A stretch of 64,000 bases of DNA from Squalus acanthias (taxonomy: Eukaryota), in the NCBI GenBank assembly GCA_030390025.1, contig JASTWF010000033.1, positions 436,001 to 500,000 on the forward strand, read 5' to 3'. A program made the position numbers and the translations under genes. Positions 1 through 12,113 of the stretch are shown here, piece by piece. Under the pieces are notes generated by a model. The model did no database searches. It saw only the letters and a program-made list of their open reading frames with translations, and had not been told where the DNA came from. Position 1 is the stretch's first letter. Every line of letters starts with the position of its first letter.

Positions 1-188
1 AAAAGATTGGGAAGTAAGTGTTACTGGTATTTGTGCCTTTAATTAAAGGTTGTGGCGTCTGACTCCCGTTCATATTTCTTCTTCCTCTGTTGAATAAGAA
101 AGTGGGAATGACGTTGACCAGACTGCACTGCGCCTGATGTTTGTGAGCTCATCCTTTATATTGAGCGGTTTCTCAACATTTGATCGAC

Positions 189-255
189 GTCAGCTTTAGC
201 TCAGCGGTTACTTCGCAGCACCAACTTAATTCTAAGTTCGAACCCTGTCTCACCG
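189..255 (+). pseudogene. Highly degenerate tRNA-like remnant (duplicate at ~6444-6510)
   Basis: A-box-like TAGCTCAGCGG and B-box-like GTTCGAACCC at tRNA spacing; isotype unclear. Confidence 0.4.
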
Positions 256-387
256 CGGGCGCTGCCTGGCGTTTTATTGTCATTTTCAACCCCCTGCTTT
301 TACACCGAAACAAATTGTAACGGTGATTTCAATTTAGCTGTGTGAAATTTTTAGAGGGCAACTTTAAACGATTCATTGCCTACTCCT

Positions 388-426
388 GTCAGCATCGCGA
401 CCCGTGTTCGATTCCCGGTTTTGGAA
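388..426 (+). pseudogene. tRNA-Glu 3' half fragment (duplicate at ~6643-6681)
   Basis: CGCGACCCGTGTTCGATTCCCGGTTTTGGAA resembles the vertebrate tRNA-Glu 3' half CGCGGCCCGGGTTCGATTCCCGGTCAGGGAA. Confidence 0.6.
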
Positions 427-1519
427 TTAACTTTGATATCAACGTTTTTAATTAATTAATGCGAAGTAATTTTATTAAATTACTAACATGCATCTAATGT
501 GAAAAATAAGAATTGTTTTAATGACCATTATTGAACCAATAACTTCCTTTTGCAGAATGAAATATATTATAATATGGTTACTGAGGGACAGTCAAAACTT
601 CAGTCATTTAATTTGCTCTTTGCCTGTGCTGAACTGTTAACCTATATCTCATTGTATACATTGTATTTTGGGAGAATGGTTTAAAATGTTTATTGCTTGT
701 GAGAGCAGGGATCTGGGGCAACTTTTGTTAATTTAACAGGATCGGCTATTTCACAGAAAAAAAAATTCTCTGACATAATGTTTTCAGACCATACACTGAC
801 CGATCATTCTTAGGCCCAAAGTGGATGATCTGACACTTGCCCACATTGAACTCCATTAATCGCTGTTCAGGGGAGATTTAATAGAACTGTTCAAAGTTAT
901 GGGGGAAATTGTTTCCACTGGCAGGAGGGTCAGTAGGGCTGTGGGGGAAGAGCAGCGGAATGGGACTAATTGGATAGCTCTTTCAACGATGCTGCATCAA
1001 TTGTTCATTTTAATCTGCGATTGATAGATTTTTGTTAACGAAAGGTATTAAAGGATAATTCAAGTCTGTGAGACTCCTTATAATTGTTTCAATCATCATT
1101 AATCAACACACAACATTGTGTTGCTCACTGCAGGAATTGCTAACAAGTTTACTGAGTGACAGCCAAACTTGAATAACCTTTTATAGAATCATAGAATCAT
1201 ACAGCACAGAAGGAGGACATTCGGACAATTATTCCCACTCCCCAGCTCTTTTTCCAAAGCCCTGCAAGTGTTTCTTTTTCAATTTCTTTCCCTTTTGAAA
1301 GTTAATATTGAATCTGCTTTTACCACCCTGTCAGGCAGAAAAATGTGTACATCAATGTTATCCAAGTCCCATTTCACACAGTGATTTCCCTGCTTTGCAT
1401 GTCATGAACTTTCATCCCTTCTCATTTTGCACACTCTATTTTAGGAGTTTGTTTAAAAATGTTCGATGCTTGTGACGTCAGCCATTGCTAGATTGAAAAG
1501 GATTGTAGCTCCTTTCCTT

Positions 1520-1742
1520 GGAAATCTCTGCCCCAAAATGCTGTTGATGCTCATTCGTTGAGTATATTCGAGGCTGAGATCGATAGATTTTTGGACTGTA
1601 GTGGAATCAAGGGAGATGGGGATAGGCAGGAAAGTGGAGTTGAGGTCCAAGATCAGCCATTATCTGATTGAATGGCGGTGCAGGCTCGGGGGGCCATAGG
1701 GCCGACTCCTGCTCCTAATTCTTTCGTTCTTCTGTTCTTATG
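1520..1742 (+). mobile_element. CR1 LINE 3' end fragment (duplicate at ~7775-7997)
   Basis: End of ORF2 plus the CR1 3' UTR (GATCAGCCAT...GAATGGCGGTGCAGGCTCG...ACTCCTGCTCCTAATTC), shared with other CR1 copies in the window. Confidence 0.75.
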
Positions 1743-1970
1743 TCCTTTCACAGGAGAGCAAACTCGCCCCTGGACCTGCATGAGGAGCAAGTGCCAACAA
1801 AATATTTCCGAGAAAGTGATACCTCCTACACTGCAGAAACGTCTCCACTTTCAGTACCAGGTCTGATGGAAATGTTCAGCGAGCAGGTGAAACGCTGAAT
1901 CCCACTTTTGAGAGACTTCCCAAAGCGCAGCACAAGAAATGTGTTGCCCTTAGTAATTAAATATAAGCAA

Positions 1971-2053
1971 TGTCAGAATTGGGGTTCGAACTCACGCCTT
2001 CAGCGAAGGCTGCGACCTGAACGCAGCGTCTTAGACCGCTCCGCCAACCTGAC
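1971..2053 (-). pseudogene. tRNA-Leu(CAG), probable pseudogene
   Basis: The minus strand GTCAGGTTGGCGGAGCGGTCTAAGACGCTGCGTTCAGGTCGCAG...GTTCGAACCCCAATTCTGACA aligns full length to vertebrate Leu-CAG, with mismatches in the D and T stems. Confidence 0.88.
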
Positions 2054-2717
2054 TGTTAGATTGACTTGTAACTTGTCACTTCCGCATTTAGAAAGTTTCA
2101 GTTCGGGTGCTTGTTCAATGCTGCTCGAAGGCTCAGTGACCGGGATATCATCTCCCCCGGGGTGTTTCTGAGACTGTGCTCGGTGTATGGGGAGGTTTGG
2201 CCCGGGTCCGTGGTATCTTGCAGCCCAGGGATGGACAATAACCCTCTGAGCTCTGGAGCTGAGGAAGAGCGAGTAAATAATGGGTTTGTTTCCGCGTCTG
2301 AAATGCGGCTTCGATCTGCTGGTATTAACCGAGGCCGGGGCTGCGAGATGTTGCATTTTGTTCACGTTTAATCAGAGGAATATCCTTGTCAGGAGCTGAA
2401 AAGGACCAAGAGCTGAAAAAACACAAGACAAAAGATAAGAAATGTAAGCAATTGTGATAAACTGTTTAAAGTGTTTTCTGGTAGTTTCGTGTTTTAATTG
2501 TTTTAATCACCATTCATTAACCGATAGCGTTGTTTTTGCAGAATGAAAGAGATGCTCACACTGAGGGACAGTCGAAACTTCAATTTGTGACCTCTGTTTT
2601 TAGACTGCTAAAAGACTAGTAGGTTAGAGGAGGAGGGCGGGTGGGGGTTCCTAATCTGTAAGCCACCACCCTCCTTAAATGCCGTTCACCTGGGTGCTTC
2701 CCACCTGGTCCGCTTCC

Positions 2718-2912
2718 GGTCTCGTCGCTCCCGACAACAGCCTGTGAAGAAAAGCCCGCGAAAGTGAGTTCAAATACTCACAGCACTTCACAGCACCTCT
2801 GGTCTCGTCGCTCCCGACAACAGCCTGTGAAGAAAAGCCCGCGAAAGTGAGTTCAAATACTCACAGCACTTCACAGCACCTCTGGTCTCGTCGCTCCCGA
2901 CAACAGCCTGTG
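2718..2912. repeat. 83-bp tandem repeat, about 2.3 copies
   Basis: The unit GGTCTCGTCGCTCCCGACAACAGCCTGTG... starts at 2718, 2801 and 2884. Confidence 0.93.
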
Positions 2913-3457
2913 GCGGATGGACAGAGTCTGTTGTATCAATGTTTTAAACTGATTTCACTGGCGATCCCCAGCTCTGAATCCCCCAGCAGAGAATTCAAGT
3001 AGAGTTTGATATAAACGAGATTCAACATCAGTATCAGAACATTACTCTTTGATTCGGGACTCTGATCTCTCTCCAGCATCTCGCTGCTGAAGATTGAACT
3101 TGACATAATTGCAGCTTGGCTCGGGATCAGTGCGGCTCAGCGGGACTTCGGCCCGTCTCTCCCTTCACAACCCATCAGTGCCGAGAAAAGAACGGGGAAT
3201 TTTACACATGTGTTTTGTTCTGTAACTTTATTTGAACATTTCAGTGCATTTCACGCTGTGTCCAACACGATGAGGTCCCCCCTGGTGTATCAGATTTGTA
3301 TCTGCATCAACACTCCAGCTTTACATTAACACAACCTGAACTCCGAGATCTGGTCCGACCTCATTGCCCCGAAAGTGAGGATTGAGCGGGAGGGGCAATG
3401 CCACCCGGGGTTAGATTTTCCTCCAAGCGGGTGATACAACATTTCATTTACTGTGAA

Positions 3458-3518
3458 GCCCAAATAGCTCAGTTGGGCGAGCGTTAAACTGAAGATCTAA
3501 AGATCCCGGGTTTCGGCA
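3458..3518 (+). pseudogene. tRNA-Phe(GAA) pseudogene with T-arm/B-box deletion
   Basis: GCCCAAATAGCTCAGTTGGGCGAGCGTTAAACTGAAGATCTAAAG^ATCCCGGGTTTCGGCA lacks about 12 nt relative to canonical Phe; a T-run follows. Confidence 0.9.
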
Positions 3519-3863
3519 TTTTTGGTTAGGTTGTGTCTCCTTCACTATAAGAAGATAGAATCAGAAGAGGTTTTCCGCTCGTGAACCCGCGTCCACCAAA
3601 TGAATGGGAGTGAAACCACATCTGAGCCGCGGGATCCGGCTCCAGCCGCCCGCTGCGGGTTCGAATCCAGTCGGGTTTGTGAGATTAAAGAGCTCTTTTA
3701 CTGTTACTTTCGATTGACACTCTGCCCAGTTGTATATACGAACAGTTAACAATGTTTAAGCGATGTGGTGTGTTCAATGTTTGTGCAGTAACTCGGTCAC
3801 CCAGTGTGAGCCTGAAAGACAATCCCCCAGCCTGGGCTCGAATCTTTCAAACAGGCACTTTGT

Positions 3864-3941
3864 GACCGGTTAGCTCAGTTGGTGAGAACGTGATGCTTCA
3901 AGTAAATCAATAGCCGCGGGTTTGATCCCCGTATAAGGCCA
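3864..3941 (+). pseudogene. tRNA-Ile(AAT)-derived pseudogene
   Basis: GACCGGTTAGCTCAGTTGGT...CGCGGGTTTGATCCCCGTATAAGGCCA matches both ends of Ile-AAT; the anticodon arm is degenerate. Confidence 0.8.
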
Positions 3942-4439
3942 TCAGAATTTGTTCATACTTTTAAGCTTTTTCGAAATACTTAAAATACATACTTTATAAA
4001 GAAACAAATCCACACAGAATCTCACGGGGGAATTATTTGGATTAACATCCATTGTAACTTTGTCACCGTGGCGGAGAGACACATCTTTCTGTTTATTTAT
4101 GTTTCTGGGTTTGCTGATGAACGTTGAACTGGCGGCCTGTTCCCGTTAATGGTCACAAGAGGGTAAGAGACAGACAGAGCGGCTCTGACCCCGCGAGATG
4201 GGCAAAAGGCTTCAGTTCAGGAGTAAATGCATCAAATGAAATGTTGGCCCGGCACCGAGAGAGACAACATCCAGAGAAAAGCACAGAAGGAAATAGATCA
4301 ATCGAAAACGTTATAAATATTTCCCATGCTTGATGTCTCTCTATTCAATCGCCAACCCTTCAGTGCCGGATAAATAATTCCAGTTTAAGGCGTTCAGTTC
4401 GAGAATGGCAGCGGAAAGAAACTCAAATGAATTGAAAAC

Positions 4440-4673
4440 TGCCGAATCCCGGGATTGAATCAGGGACCATTATTAAATCTGTAGAGAGAAAAACAGAGTT
4501 AACGTTTCAGGTCGATGACCGTTCGTCTGACGTTAACTGTTTCTCTCTCTACAGATGCTGCCTGATCTGCTGAACATTTCCAGCATTTTCTGTTTTTATT
4601 TGAAATTTCCAGTATTTTGCTTTTGTACCTTTATAAATCTTCAAGTCGCTCATCCCAACTGAGCTATTGCGGC
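4440..4673 (-). pseudogene. tRNA-Phe pseudogene split by a ~150 bp insertion
   Basis: The 3' half lies at 4440-4471 (TGCCGAATCCCGGGATTGAATCAGGGACC) and the 5' half at ~4627-4673 (...CCCAACTGAGCTATTGCGGC). Confidence 0.85.
4479..4626. mobile_element. Penelope-like terminal-repeat fragment, partly palindromic
   Basis: Inverted arms (TCTGTAGAGAG...GTTAACGT / ACGTTAAC...CTCTCTACAGA) followed by GATGCTGCCTGATCTGCTG; same family as 13885-14050 and 26565-26748. Confidence 0.6.
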
Positions 4674-5473
4674 TACGGTGCAACCTACAGTGCGTCATCC
4701 TCTCGGAGGGAAAGGGAAGGGTTTGTGTCCAGAGTCCGCTGCGTTTACATCAAGCATCTAATTCACCTGCAGGTTGGAGGAGCAGAGGAGGCTGGAGGGA
4801 AAGAAGTGATAGGAGCAGAAGGAGAAGCCATTTGAAACTGGCAGAATCTTGTGTCTGACTGTTGTTTCAAATGATGCCGGACAGCCCTGCGTGGATTGGC
4901 AGTTTTCCCAGGAGCTGCATTGTTCGGTGCCTGCATTTTAGACATGGAAACATGTCCATCAGGAGCTTGTGGTAATATTTCACCTCACTGTGCATTTCAA
5001 GTGGATGCCTACCCGCACTTGGTGCTGTGGTTGCGCGAACATGTCTTTTGTGTTCTTACCTAAAATGTCATTTTGTACAAACAGTTTGCCTGGCGCGAAA
5101 GAGTTAAAAAGGGGACAAAGAGTGAAATGGACGGGGTTGCTGCGGTGTGTGAAATATGGTGACGATCTATGGTTATTATCCGAGGCGACGCTGCAGGATC
5201 CTTTAAAGATCTCCCGCGGATCCACTGAAACCAGTTGAGAGGGGTTTTTTGCACCGTCAGGGCAGGAAACGGGAGTGAGTGAGGGACACTGTCGGTATCT
5301 GTGCTGAGTTTGAGTCTGTGAAGAATGGTATGGGCTCAGATAATATACGGAATCTATGAGATATTTTATTGATATTTAATTACAATATGAATGCTTCAAT
5401 TTTTCATATTTGTTCAACTTTAATGGGGAAGTTTTCTTTCCCGTTTCCAACCGGGGACCATTTCTCGAACATA

Positions 5474-5539
5474 GTTTCCCGCCCGGGATTGAATCGGGGC
5501 TTGTGAGGGGAACCTTGATAACCACTACACTACGGAAAC
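5474..5539 (-). pseudogene. tRNA-Val(CAC) pseudogene with internal deletion
   Basis: TGATAACCACTACACTACGGAAAC is the exact reverse complement of the Val 5' end. Confidence 0.85.
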
Positions 5540-5833
5540 CTCTGCTTTGCTAAATATCCAGAAAGATCTGTTCAGCGAGAAGGTGAAATGCTGAATCCCA
5601 GATTCTGGATTAATTTCCTTTCACTAACATTTCTCTGACCGAAACTGCACAAGTCAAAAATGTTCCTTTCAAAGTCATTAAATTCTCGAATTTCCGCGTC
5701 GCCACCCAAATCTTCTGAATCAGATGCCTCCATTTTGCCACTCAATCAATGTCCCTTTGCAATTCCCTGCTCCCATCCACACTAATTACTGCGCCACTGT
5801 CGATCAGCGATAATAGATATTCAAAGTGAACCG

Positions 5834-5887
5834 GCCATGCGAGTTCAGTCGGCAGCAGGCTCTTGGGTTCGGACCCCAAGTTAGGCG
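5834..5887 (+). pseudogene. tRNA-Lys remnant lacking the anticodon arm
   Basis: AGTTCAGTCGG...TGGGTTCGGACCCCAAGTTAGGCG resembles the Lys-CTT ends; its downstream flank is homologous to that of the Lys copy at 12618. Confidence 0.6.
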
Positions 5888-6255
5888 AAGGTTATTGTTA
5901 AACTTTTTGTTTGTTGCTTTCACGGCAAATCATCATGAATTCACCGGTAATTTTCTTTGGCACAATGAAAGAAATGCTAACTGAGGGAGAGTCGATACTT
6001 CAATCATTTTATTTGTGCTTTGCACGTTAACTGTTACCCAGATCTCCTTTTACACACGGTACTTTAGGAGTCTGGTTTAAAGTGTTCATTGCTGATGACA
6101 CCAGGAATCTGGGGCAATATTTGTCAAATTGAACAGCACCGGTTATTTCCACCGTGCTCAAAAAATAGAATCAGCAGTGAACATGAAATCCCATTGTGCT
6201 GACATTCAGATTCAACGCAGTCAGTTTTGAAATAAAGGGAAATTATTTTACAATG

Positions 6256-8840
6256 AAAAGATTGGGAAGTAAGTGTTACTGGTATTTGTGCCTTTAATTA
6301 AAGGTTGTGGCGTCTGACTCCCGTTCATATTTCTTCTTCCTCTGTTGAATAAGAAAGTGGGAATGACGTTGACCAGACTGCACTGCGCCTGATGTTTGTG
6401 AGCTCATCCTTTATATTGAGCGGTTTCTCAACATTTGATCGACGTCAGCTTTAGCTCAGCGGTTACTTCGCAGCACCAACTTAATTCTAAGTTCGAACCC
6501 TGTCTCACCGCGGGCGCTGCCTGGCGTTTTATTGTCATTTTCAACCCCCTGCTTTTACACCGAAACAAATTGTAACGGTGATTTCAATTTAGCTGTGTGA
6601 AATTTTTAGAGGGCAACTTTAAACGATTCATTGCCTACTCCTGTCAGCATCGCGACCCGTGTTCGATTCCCGGTTTTGGAATTAACTTTGATATCAACGT
6701 TTTTAATTAATTAATGCGAAGTAATTTTATTAAATTACTAACATGCATCTAATGTGAAAAATAAGAATTGTTTTAATGACCATTATTGAACCAATAACTT
6801 CCTTTTGCAGAATGAAATATATTATAATATGGTTACTGAGGGACAGTCAAAACTTCAGTCATTTAATTTGCTCTTTGCCTGTGCTGAACTGTTAACCTAT
6901 ATCTCATTGTATACATTGTATTTTGGGAGAATGGTTTAAAATGTTTATTGCTTGTGAGAGCAGGGATCTGGGGCAACTTTTGTTAATTTAACAGGATCGG
7001 CTATTTCACAGAAAAAAAAATTCTCTGACATAATGTTTTCAGACCATACACTGACCGATCATTCTTAGGCCCAAAGTGGATGATCTGACACTTGCCCACA
7101 TTGAACTCCATTAATCGCTGTTCAGGGGAGATTTAATAGAACTGTTCAAAGTTATGGGGGAAATTGTTTCCACTGGCAGGAGGGTCAGTAGGGCTGTGGG
7201 GGAAGAGCAGCGGAATGGCACTAATTGGATAGCTCTTTCAACGATGCTGCATCAATTGTTCATTTTAATCTGCGATTGATAGATTTTTGTTAACGAAAGG
7301 TATTAAAGGATAATTCAAGTCTGTGAGACTCCTTATAATTGTTTCAATCATCATTAATCAACACACAACATTGTGTTGCTCACTGCAGGAATTGCTAACA
7401 AGTTTACTGAGTGACAGCCAAACTTGAATAACCTTTTATAGAATCATAGAATCATACAGCACAGAAGGAGGACATTCGGACAATTATTCCCACTCCCCAG
7501 CTCTTTTTCCAAAGCCCTGCAAGTGTTTCTTTTTCAATTTCTTTCCCTTTTGAAAGTTAATATTGAATCTGCTTTTACCACCCTGTCAGGCAGAAAAATG
7601 TGTACATCAATGTTATCCAAGTCCCATTTCACACAGTGATTTCCCTGCTTTGCATGTCATGAACTTTCATCCCTTCTCATTTTGCACACTCTATTTTAGG
7701 AGTTTGTTTAAAAATGTTCGATGCTTGTGACGTCAGCCATTGCTAGATTGAAAAGGATTGTAGCTCCTTTCCTTGGAAATCTCTGCCCCAAAATGCTGTT
7801 GATGCTCATTCGTTGAGTATATTCGAGGCTGAGATCGATAGATTTTTGGACTGTAGTGGAATCAAGGGAGATGGGGATAGGCAGGAAAGTGGAGTTGAGG
7901 TCCAAGATCAGCCATTATCTGATTGAATGGCGGTGCAGGCTCGGGGGGCCATAGGGCCGACTCCTGCTCCTAATTCTTTCGTTCTTCTGTTCTTATGTCC
8001 TTTCACAGGAGAGCAAACTCGCCCCTGGACCTGCATGAGGAGCAAGTGCCAACAAAATGTTTCCGAGAAAGTGATACCTCCTACACTGCAGAAACGTCTC
8101 CACTTTCAGTACCAGGTCTGATGGAAATGTTCAGCGAGCAGGTGAAACGCTGAATCCCACTTTTGAGAGACTTCCCAAAGCGCAGCACAAGAAATGTGTT
8201 GCCCTTAGTAATTAAATATAAGCAATGTCAGAATTGGGGTTCGAACTCACGCCTTCAGCGAAGGCTGCGACTTGAACGCAGCGTCTTAGACCGCTCCGCC
8301 AACCTGACTGTTAGATTGACTTGTAACTTGTCACTTCCGCATTTAGAAAGTTTCAGTTCGGGTGCTTGTTCAATGCTGCTCGAAGGCTCAGTGACCGGGA
8401 TATCATCTCCCCCGGGGTGTTTCTGAGACTGTGCTCGGTGTATGGGGAGGTTTGGCCCGGGCCCGTGGTTTCTTGCAGCCCAGGGATGGACAAATAACCC
8501 TCTGAGCTCTGGAGCTGGGGAAGAGCGAGTAATTAATGGGTTTGTTTCCGCGTCTGAAATGCGGCTTCGATCTGCTGGTATTAACCGAGGCCGGGGCTGC
8601 GAGATGTTGCATTTTGTTCACGTTTGATCAGAGGAATATCCTTGTCAGGAGCTGAAAAGGACCAAGAGCTGAAAAATCACAAGACAAAAGATAAGAAATG
8701 GAAGCAATTGTGATAAACTGTTTAAAGTGTTTTCTGGTAGTTTCGTGTTTTAATTGTTTTAATCACCATTCATTAACCGATAGCGTTGTTTTTGCAGAAT
8801 GAAGGAAATGCTCACACTGAGGGACAGTCGAAACTTCAAT
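6256..8840 (+). repeat. Segmental tandem duplication, copy 2
   Basis: Matches 1-2584; similarity ends after GTCGAAACTTCAAT. Confidence 0.97.
8226..8308 (-). pseudogene. tRNA-Leu copy with a CAA anticodon on a CAG-type body, probable pseudogene
   Basis: Identical to 1971-2053 except GCGACTTGAACGC in place of GCGACCTGAACGC. Confidence 0.87.
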
Positions 8841-8951
8841 AACTTAACTTTAACAATGTGCGCAACTTTATTCATTGATGAAGTTTTATCCCCATCTCAA
8901 TTTACACTTTGTGTATTAATTTCTTTCACAAAAAATATGCTCTCGAAAATT

Positions 8952-9554
8952 GGGCCGAATATTCCGATCCCTTCGGGTGAGTAGGCGCTGCGTACACACC
9001 CGCAGGGACATCCAAAAAATGTCGGGGTCAGGCATGCGAAGCGCATGCGCTGAAAACCGGCATTTCCGATCTGATCACTTAACAATACTTTAAAAAAAAT
9101 TAAGTTTATTTTTAGCCGCGTAAAAAACTTTAATTATTTTGTTCAAAAAATTAAATTTTTGTAAAAATATTTAATTTATTGTAATTTCAAATAATTTAAA
9201 AAATGTGGTTTAAAAAAAATTATTTAACGTGATTTAAAAAAAAAATAACGTGATTTAAAAAAAATATTTAACTTTTTACTGTGTTTTTGGTCTGATCTCC
9301 ATACCTATATTTGTCAGGTCTATCTGTCACGTGCATGAAGGGAGATTCTCTTCTTTGATGAGTTCCCCAAGATCCCAGGGGCGCTTGCAAACCGCATGAA
9401 CCTCTGGGATACATGGGCCCTGCACATTTCGAGTTGGCAGAGGCCCAGGAGCGGAAATGTCCTGACCTCCGGAGCTCTGAGGTAAGTCTGTAGATTTGAT
9501 TTCCCGATTGGAGTTCTCCACACGCAGGAACTCTCCGATCGGAAAATTGGGCCC
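8952..9554. mobile_element. Non-autonomous Harbinger-type MITE
   Basis: Terminal inverted repeats GGGCCGAATATTCCGATC / GATCGGAAAATTGGGCCC, an AT-rich core and no coding capacity; paralogues at 31491 and 59421. Confidence 0.8.
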
Positions 9555-9556
9555 AA

Positions 9557-9629
9557 TGTTTCCGCCCAGCATTGAACCGTGGACTTTTTGCGTGTAAGGT
9601 AAACGTGATAACCGCTACACTACGTAAAC
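9557..9629 (-). pseudogene. tRNA-Val pseudogene (TAC at the anticodon position)
   Basis: Minus strand reads GTTTACGTAGTGTAGCGGTTATCACGTTTACCTTACACGC...GGGCGGAAACA; the flank 9630-9890 is paralogous to 5540-5800. Confidence 0.85.
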
Positions 9630-10084
9630 CTCTGATGCACATAGCATCCAGAAAAAGATGTTCAGCGAGAAGGTGACATGCTGCATCCCAGATTCTGGAT
9701 TAATTTCCTATCACTAACATTTCTCTGACCGAATGTGCGCAAGACAAAAATGTTCCTATCAAACTCATTAAACTCCCGAATTTCCTTCTCCCGAATCTTC
9801 TGAATCAGATGCCTCTAGTTTTGACCACGGGTTCTATGTGCCTTTGCAATTTTCTGCTCCCAGTTACACTACTTACTGTGCCACTAACTTAGTGTCGTTA
9901 AACTTGGTAATACACAACTATAGAAGACTTTTGGATTACCTTTTGTGTTAGCAGCCATTCTATTCTCATACCCTCTCTTTTCGCCACTCTTATTTTCCTT
10001 TTCAATTCTCCTCTGAGCTTTCTATATTTAGACTGATTATCAGATATATTAGGATAGCTGAAGTCCCCGATTATCACTGCTCTA

Positions 10085-11940
10085 TAGTTCATAGTCATAG
10101 ATTCATAACGGCACAGAAGGAGGCCATTCGGACCATAGAGTCCGTGCTGGCGTTCTAAGAACATAAGAAATAGTAGCAGGAGTAGGCCAATCGGCCCCTC
10201 GAGCCTGCCCCGCCATTCAATAAGATCATGGCTGATCATTTCCTAACCTCAAATCTAAAGAACACAAGAAGTAGGAGCAGGATCCGGCCACTCAGCCCCT
10301 GGGCCCGCTCCGCCACCCACAGGGCCTTGACCGATCCGAACTCAGCCTCATGTCCAATTTCCTGCCCGCTCCCCGTATCCCCTAATTCCCTTTACTTGTA
10401 TGAATCTGTCCATTTCTGTTTTAAATTTATTTAATGATGTAGCTTCCACAGCTTCCTGGGGCAGCTAATTCCACAGACCTACTACCCTCTGAGTGAAGAA
10501 GTTTCTCCTCATCTCAGTTTTGAAAGAGCAGCCCCTTATTCTAAGATTATGCCCCCTAGTTCTAGTTTCACCCATCCTTGGGAACATCCTTACCGCATCC
10601 ACCCGATCAAGCCCCTTCACAATCTTATATGTTTCAATAAGATCGCCTCTCATTCTTCTGAACTCCAATGAGTAGAGTCCCAATCTACTCAACCTCTCCT
10701 CATATGTCCACCCCCTCATCCCCGGAATTAACCGAGTGAACCTTCTTTGTACTGCCTCGAGAGCAAGTATGTCTTTTGTTAAGTATGGACACCACAACTG
10801 TATGCAGTATTCCAGGTGCGGTCTCACCAATACCCTATACAACTGCAGCAATACCTCCCTGTTTTTATAATCTATCCCCCTAGCAATAAAAGCCAACATT
10901 CCGTTGGCCTTCTTGATCGCCTGCTGCACCTGCATACTAACTTTTTGATTTTCTTGCACCAAGACCCCCAGATCCCTTTGTACTGCAGTACTTTCCAGTT
11001 TCTCGCCATTAAGTTAATAACTTGCTCTCTGATTTTTCCTGCCAAAGTGCATAACCTCACATTTTCCAATATTGTATTGTATCTGCCAAATCTCCACCCA
11101 CTCACCCAGCCTGTCTATAGCCCCTTGCAGGTTTTTTATGTCCTCCTCACATTCTACTTTCCCTCCCATCTTTGTATCATCTGCAAACTTTGATATGTTA
11201 CACTCAGTCCCCTCCTCCAAATCGTTTATAGATTGTAAAGAGTTGGGGACCCAGCACCGACCCCTGTGGAACACCACTGGCTACTGGTTGCCAGTCCGAG
11301 AATGAACCATTTATCCCAACTCGCTGCTTCCTGTTAGATAACCTATCCTCCACCCATGCCAGAATATTACCCCCAATCCAGCGATTTTTTATCTTGAGCA
11401 ATCCAGTCAGTCCCATTCCCCCCGCTCTGTCACCGTAGCCCAGCAAGTTTATTTCCCTCAAGTGCCCATCGACTCTCCAGTTGAATACATTGAGTGTCTC
11501 CGTTTCCACCACTTCCGTTGGCAGCAAGTTCCAGGTCCTCACCACTGGCTGCGTAAAAAAGTTTTCCTCACATTCCCCCTGTATCTCTTCCCCAAAACCT
11601 TAAATCTGTGTCCCCCAGTCCTTGTACCATCAACTAGTGGCAACAGCCTTTCCCCGTCTAGCCTATCCAAACTCATCATAATCTTGTCCACCTCTATCAA
11701 ATCACCCGTCAACCTCCTTTTTCTTAAAATACTCCTATGCAGCGCCTTCGGACGTTTTACTACGTTAAAGGCGCTATATAAATACATGTTGTTGTTGTAA
11801 TGAAAACAAATGCAGCTTCTCCAACCTGTCCTTGTAGCTAAGATCCCCCATCCCCGGAAACAATCTGGTAAATCTCCACTGCACCCTCTCAGGGGCCTGC
11901 AAATCCTTCCTAAAGTGTGGTGACCAGAACTGGACGCAGG
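10085..11940 (-). mobile_element. Older CR1 3' fragment (10085-10155 plus 11397-11940) interrupted by a younger CR1
   Basis: The CR1 tail breaks at ~10155 and resumes at ~11397; ORF2 C-terminal peptide RRLTGDLIEVDKIM; an L2-type tail is inserted at ~11725-11797. Confidence 0.7.
10156..11400 (-). mobile_element. 5'-truncated CR1 LINE (RT C-terminal part, frameshifted)
   Basis: ORF fragments contain [18 protein letters not shown] and RPHLEYC; AGAACATA-type tail. Confidence 0.92.
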
Positions 11941-12113
11941 TGGTGAAAGCGGGCGTGAGACGGTGACTGACAGGTGAGCGCTGCTTCTGTTGCTGTCTGA
12001 CACCCGGTGGGAGTGGGCGGGGATTTTAAAGCCCTTTAATTACTCCAAGTCAGGAGAAATCAAACAGTGCTTCAGGAACGTGCATATATACAAACATCGC
12101 CGCTCGCATTTTG

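Larger units (their letters stand above)
1..2584 (+). repeat. Segmental tandem duplication, copy 1 (runs off the left edge of the window)
   Basis: Near-identical to 6256-8840 at offset 6255. ORF track entries repeat at the same offset (1453/7708, 1672/7927, 1908/8163). Confidence 0.97.

Noticed and set aside
2718..2912. Possible CRISPR-like array
   Set aside because: The intervening sequences are identical (a plain tandem repeat), there are no cas genes, and the context is vertebrate.
3640..3680. Isolated B box GGGTTCGAATCC
   Set aside because: No recognisable A box or cloverleaf, so no isotype can be assigned.
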